NCBI GenBank assembly: GCA_045805065.1
Contig: JBJMMA010000237.1
Span: 1 to 16,174, forward strand
Length of the DNA: 16,174 nucleotides
Direction of reading: 5' to 3'
From: Bdellovibrionia bacterium
GTDB taxonomy: Bacteria; Bdellovibrionota; UBA1018
Position 1 is the stretch's first letter. The number at the start of each line of letters is the position of its first letter. Both the position numbers and the translations under genes were made by a program. Below the pieces are notes generated by a model, which was given only the letters and a program-made list of their open reading frames with translations, was not told the origin of the DNA and ran no database searches. Of this stretch, positions 15,024 through 16,174 are shown piece after piece.

Positions 15024-15970
15024 TGACCAGCGCTCCAAGAAACCTCATTCAAGACATGCTTTCTGGAAATCGGCTTGCGCTTGCTCGTTTGATTTCAAAA
15101 GTCGAAAACCGTGACTCTCAGCTCTCTGAGTTGATCGAGCAGCTCTATCCTCACACTGGAAAGGCCCAGGTTTGGGGAATCACGGGGCCTCCTGGCGCGG
15201 GTAAATCCACCCTGGTGGACCGTTTGACTGCGCATCTTCGCGCCGAAGGAAAGCGCGTCGCAGTCGTTGCTGTCGACCCATCGAGCCCTTTCACGGGCGG
15301 CGCAATTTTGGGTGACCGCATTCGTATGCAGCAGCATGCAAGCGATGTAGGCGTTTTCATCCGCTCTTTGGGAACTCGTGGAAAGCACGGCGGTCTATCC
15401 CATGCGACCAAAGAGGTTGTCATGGTACTTGATGCTGCAGGCTTTGACGTCATCCTCGTCGAAACGGCCGGAGTTGGCCAGACCGAGCTTGATGTTCTGA
15501 AACTGGCTCAAACGGTTCTAGTGATTTTGGTCCCTGAGAGCGGCGATTCCATTCAAGTCATGAAGGCAGGACTGATGGAAATTGCCGATGTTTTTGCGGT
15601 CAATAAGAGTGATCGTCCCGAAGCTGACAAGATGGTGCGCGAGCTCATCTCGATGGTGGGACTCAATCCGCATGACGAGCACAGCTGGATGATCCCGGTC
15701 CAAAAGACCGAAGCAGTTCGCGATGTCGGCGTGAAGGAACTCATCGAGCAGGTTCAGAAGCATCAGGACTATCTGACTCGCAGTGGTCATCGCAAAACCA
15801 AAGAGCGCCAGTTTCTTAAGGAAGAAGTCGCAGACATTCTGAGTGAGCGTCTCACTCATTCCGTGACGGCAGCCTTTGAGACATCGTCTGGCATGCAGGT
15901 TCTCGAAGAGCTCCTCGATCGTAAAATCGATCCTTACAAAGCCGCAGACCTCATCTCCGGCAATACCTAA
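15023..15970 (+). CDS. meaB: Methylmalonyl-CoA mutase-associated GTPase MeaB (ArgK/MMAA family)
   Basis: GITGPPGAGKST P-loop, AVDPSSPFTGGAILGDRIRM, ETAGVGQ, GDSIQVMKAGLMEIAD and NKSD motifs. Exact start uncertain (ATG at 15005, 15023 or 15056). Confidence 0.95.
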   Translation: MTSAPRNLIQDMLSGNRLALARLISKVENRDSQLSELIEQLYPHTGKAQVWGITGPPGAGKSTLVDRLTAHLRAEGKRVAVVAVDPSSPFTGGAILGDRIRMQQHASDVGVFIRSLGTRGKHGGLSHATKEVVMVLDAAGFDVILVETAGVGQTELDVLKLAQTVLVILVPESGDSIQVMKAGLMEIADVFAVNKSDRPEADKMVRELISMVGLNPHDEHSWMIPVQKTEAVRDVGVKELIEQVQKHQDYLTRSGHRKTKERQFLKEEVADILSERLTHSVTAAFETSSGMQVLEELLDRKIDPYKAADLISGNT

Positions 15971-16107
15971 ACTGAGCAAATCCCAGAGAACTGAGACGTG
16001 AGTTAAAAGTCCTCGTTGTGACATCCTGTCACATTCCCAGTCGGCATCCTGCCTGGGAACGACTCGGCTTTTAACTCACGTCTCAGTTCTCTGGGATTTG
16101 CCCAGTT
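15970..16107. repeat. 138-bp palindromic element: 40-bp arms (1 mismatch) enclosing two internal hairpins; REP/MITE-like repeat or structured RNA
   Basis: 15976-16009 is the exact reverse complement of 16068-16101 (34 bp), extendable to 15970/16107. Inner hairpins are TGTGACA-TCC-TGTCACA and TTCCCAG..GGCA-TCC-TGCC..TGGGAA. Confidence 0.9.
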
Positions 16108-16117
16108 CCGGTTCTTT

Positions 16118-16174
16118 TTATCGGCTCACGAGGTCTGCCATCGTGAAGGCGTAAAGGTGGTCGCGTACTTTTGG
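16118..16174 (-). CDS. Possible 3' end of a convergent gene running off the window
   Basis: Open frame PKVRDHLYAFTMADLVSR* ending at TAA 16118-16120; too short to verify. Confidence 0.3.
   Translation of the reverse strand, partial: PKVRDHLYAFTMADLVSR

Noticed and set aside
14912..15048. Apparent head-to-head overlap of the M48 and meaB ORFs
   Set aside because: An artefact of longest-ORF starts. ATG 14976 (-) and ATG 15023 (+) remove the overlap and leave room for a promoter.

Overview
Bacterial chromosomal window, roughly mid-50s % GC by eye. Gene content and the recurrent RxPA[S/G] motifs suggest a predatory Bdellovibrionota/Oligoflexia-like organism (inference). The main feature is a tightly coupled 7-gene minus-strand operon (8334->660) behind a sigma28/FliA-like promoter. 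It encodes a putative outer-membrane beta-barrel protein, a TPR lipoprotein, an 808-aa membrane protein that looks like a natural FliF-FliG (MS-ring/rotor) fusion, a stand-alone cyclic-nucleotide-binding protein, MotA, MotB, and a zinc-ribbon/TM/SH3b protein. No FliM/FliN, export, rod, hook or filament genes are in the window, and the FliG part lacks the FliM-binding EHPQ motif. This suggests a self-contained, switch-less, possibly non-flagellar envelope-spanning rotary motor under cyclic-nucleotide control. The rest of the window holds a partial GT39-like glycosyltransferase, a divergent lipoprotein, several secreted Cys-containing hypotheticals (three behind a sigma54-like promoter), an M48 peptidase, meaB, a TGATCA-rich intergenic repeat and a 138-bp palindrome with CAGGATG-loop hairpins. 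All homology calls are by-eye motif recognition; no searches were run.
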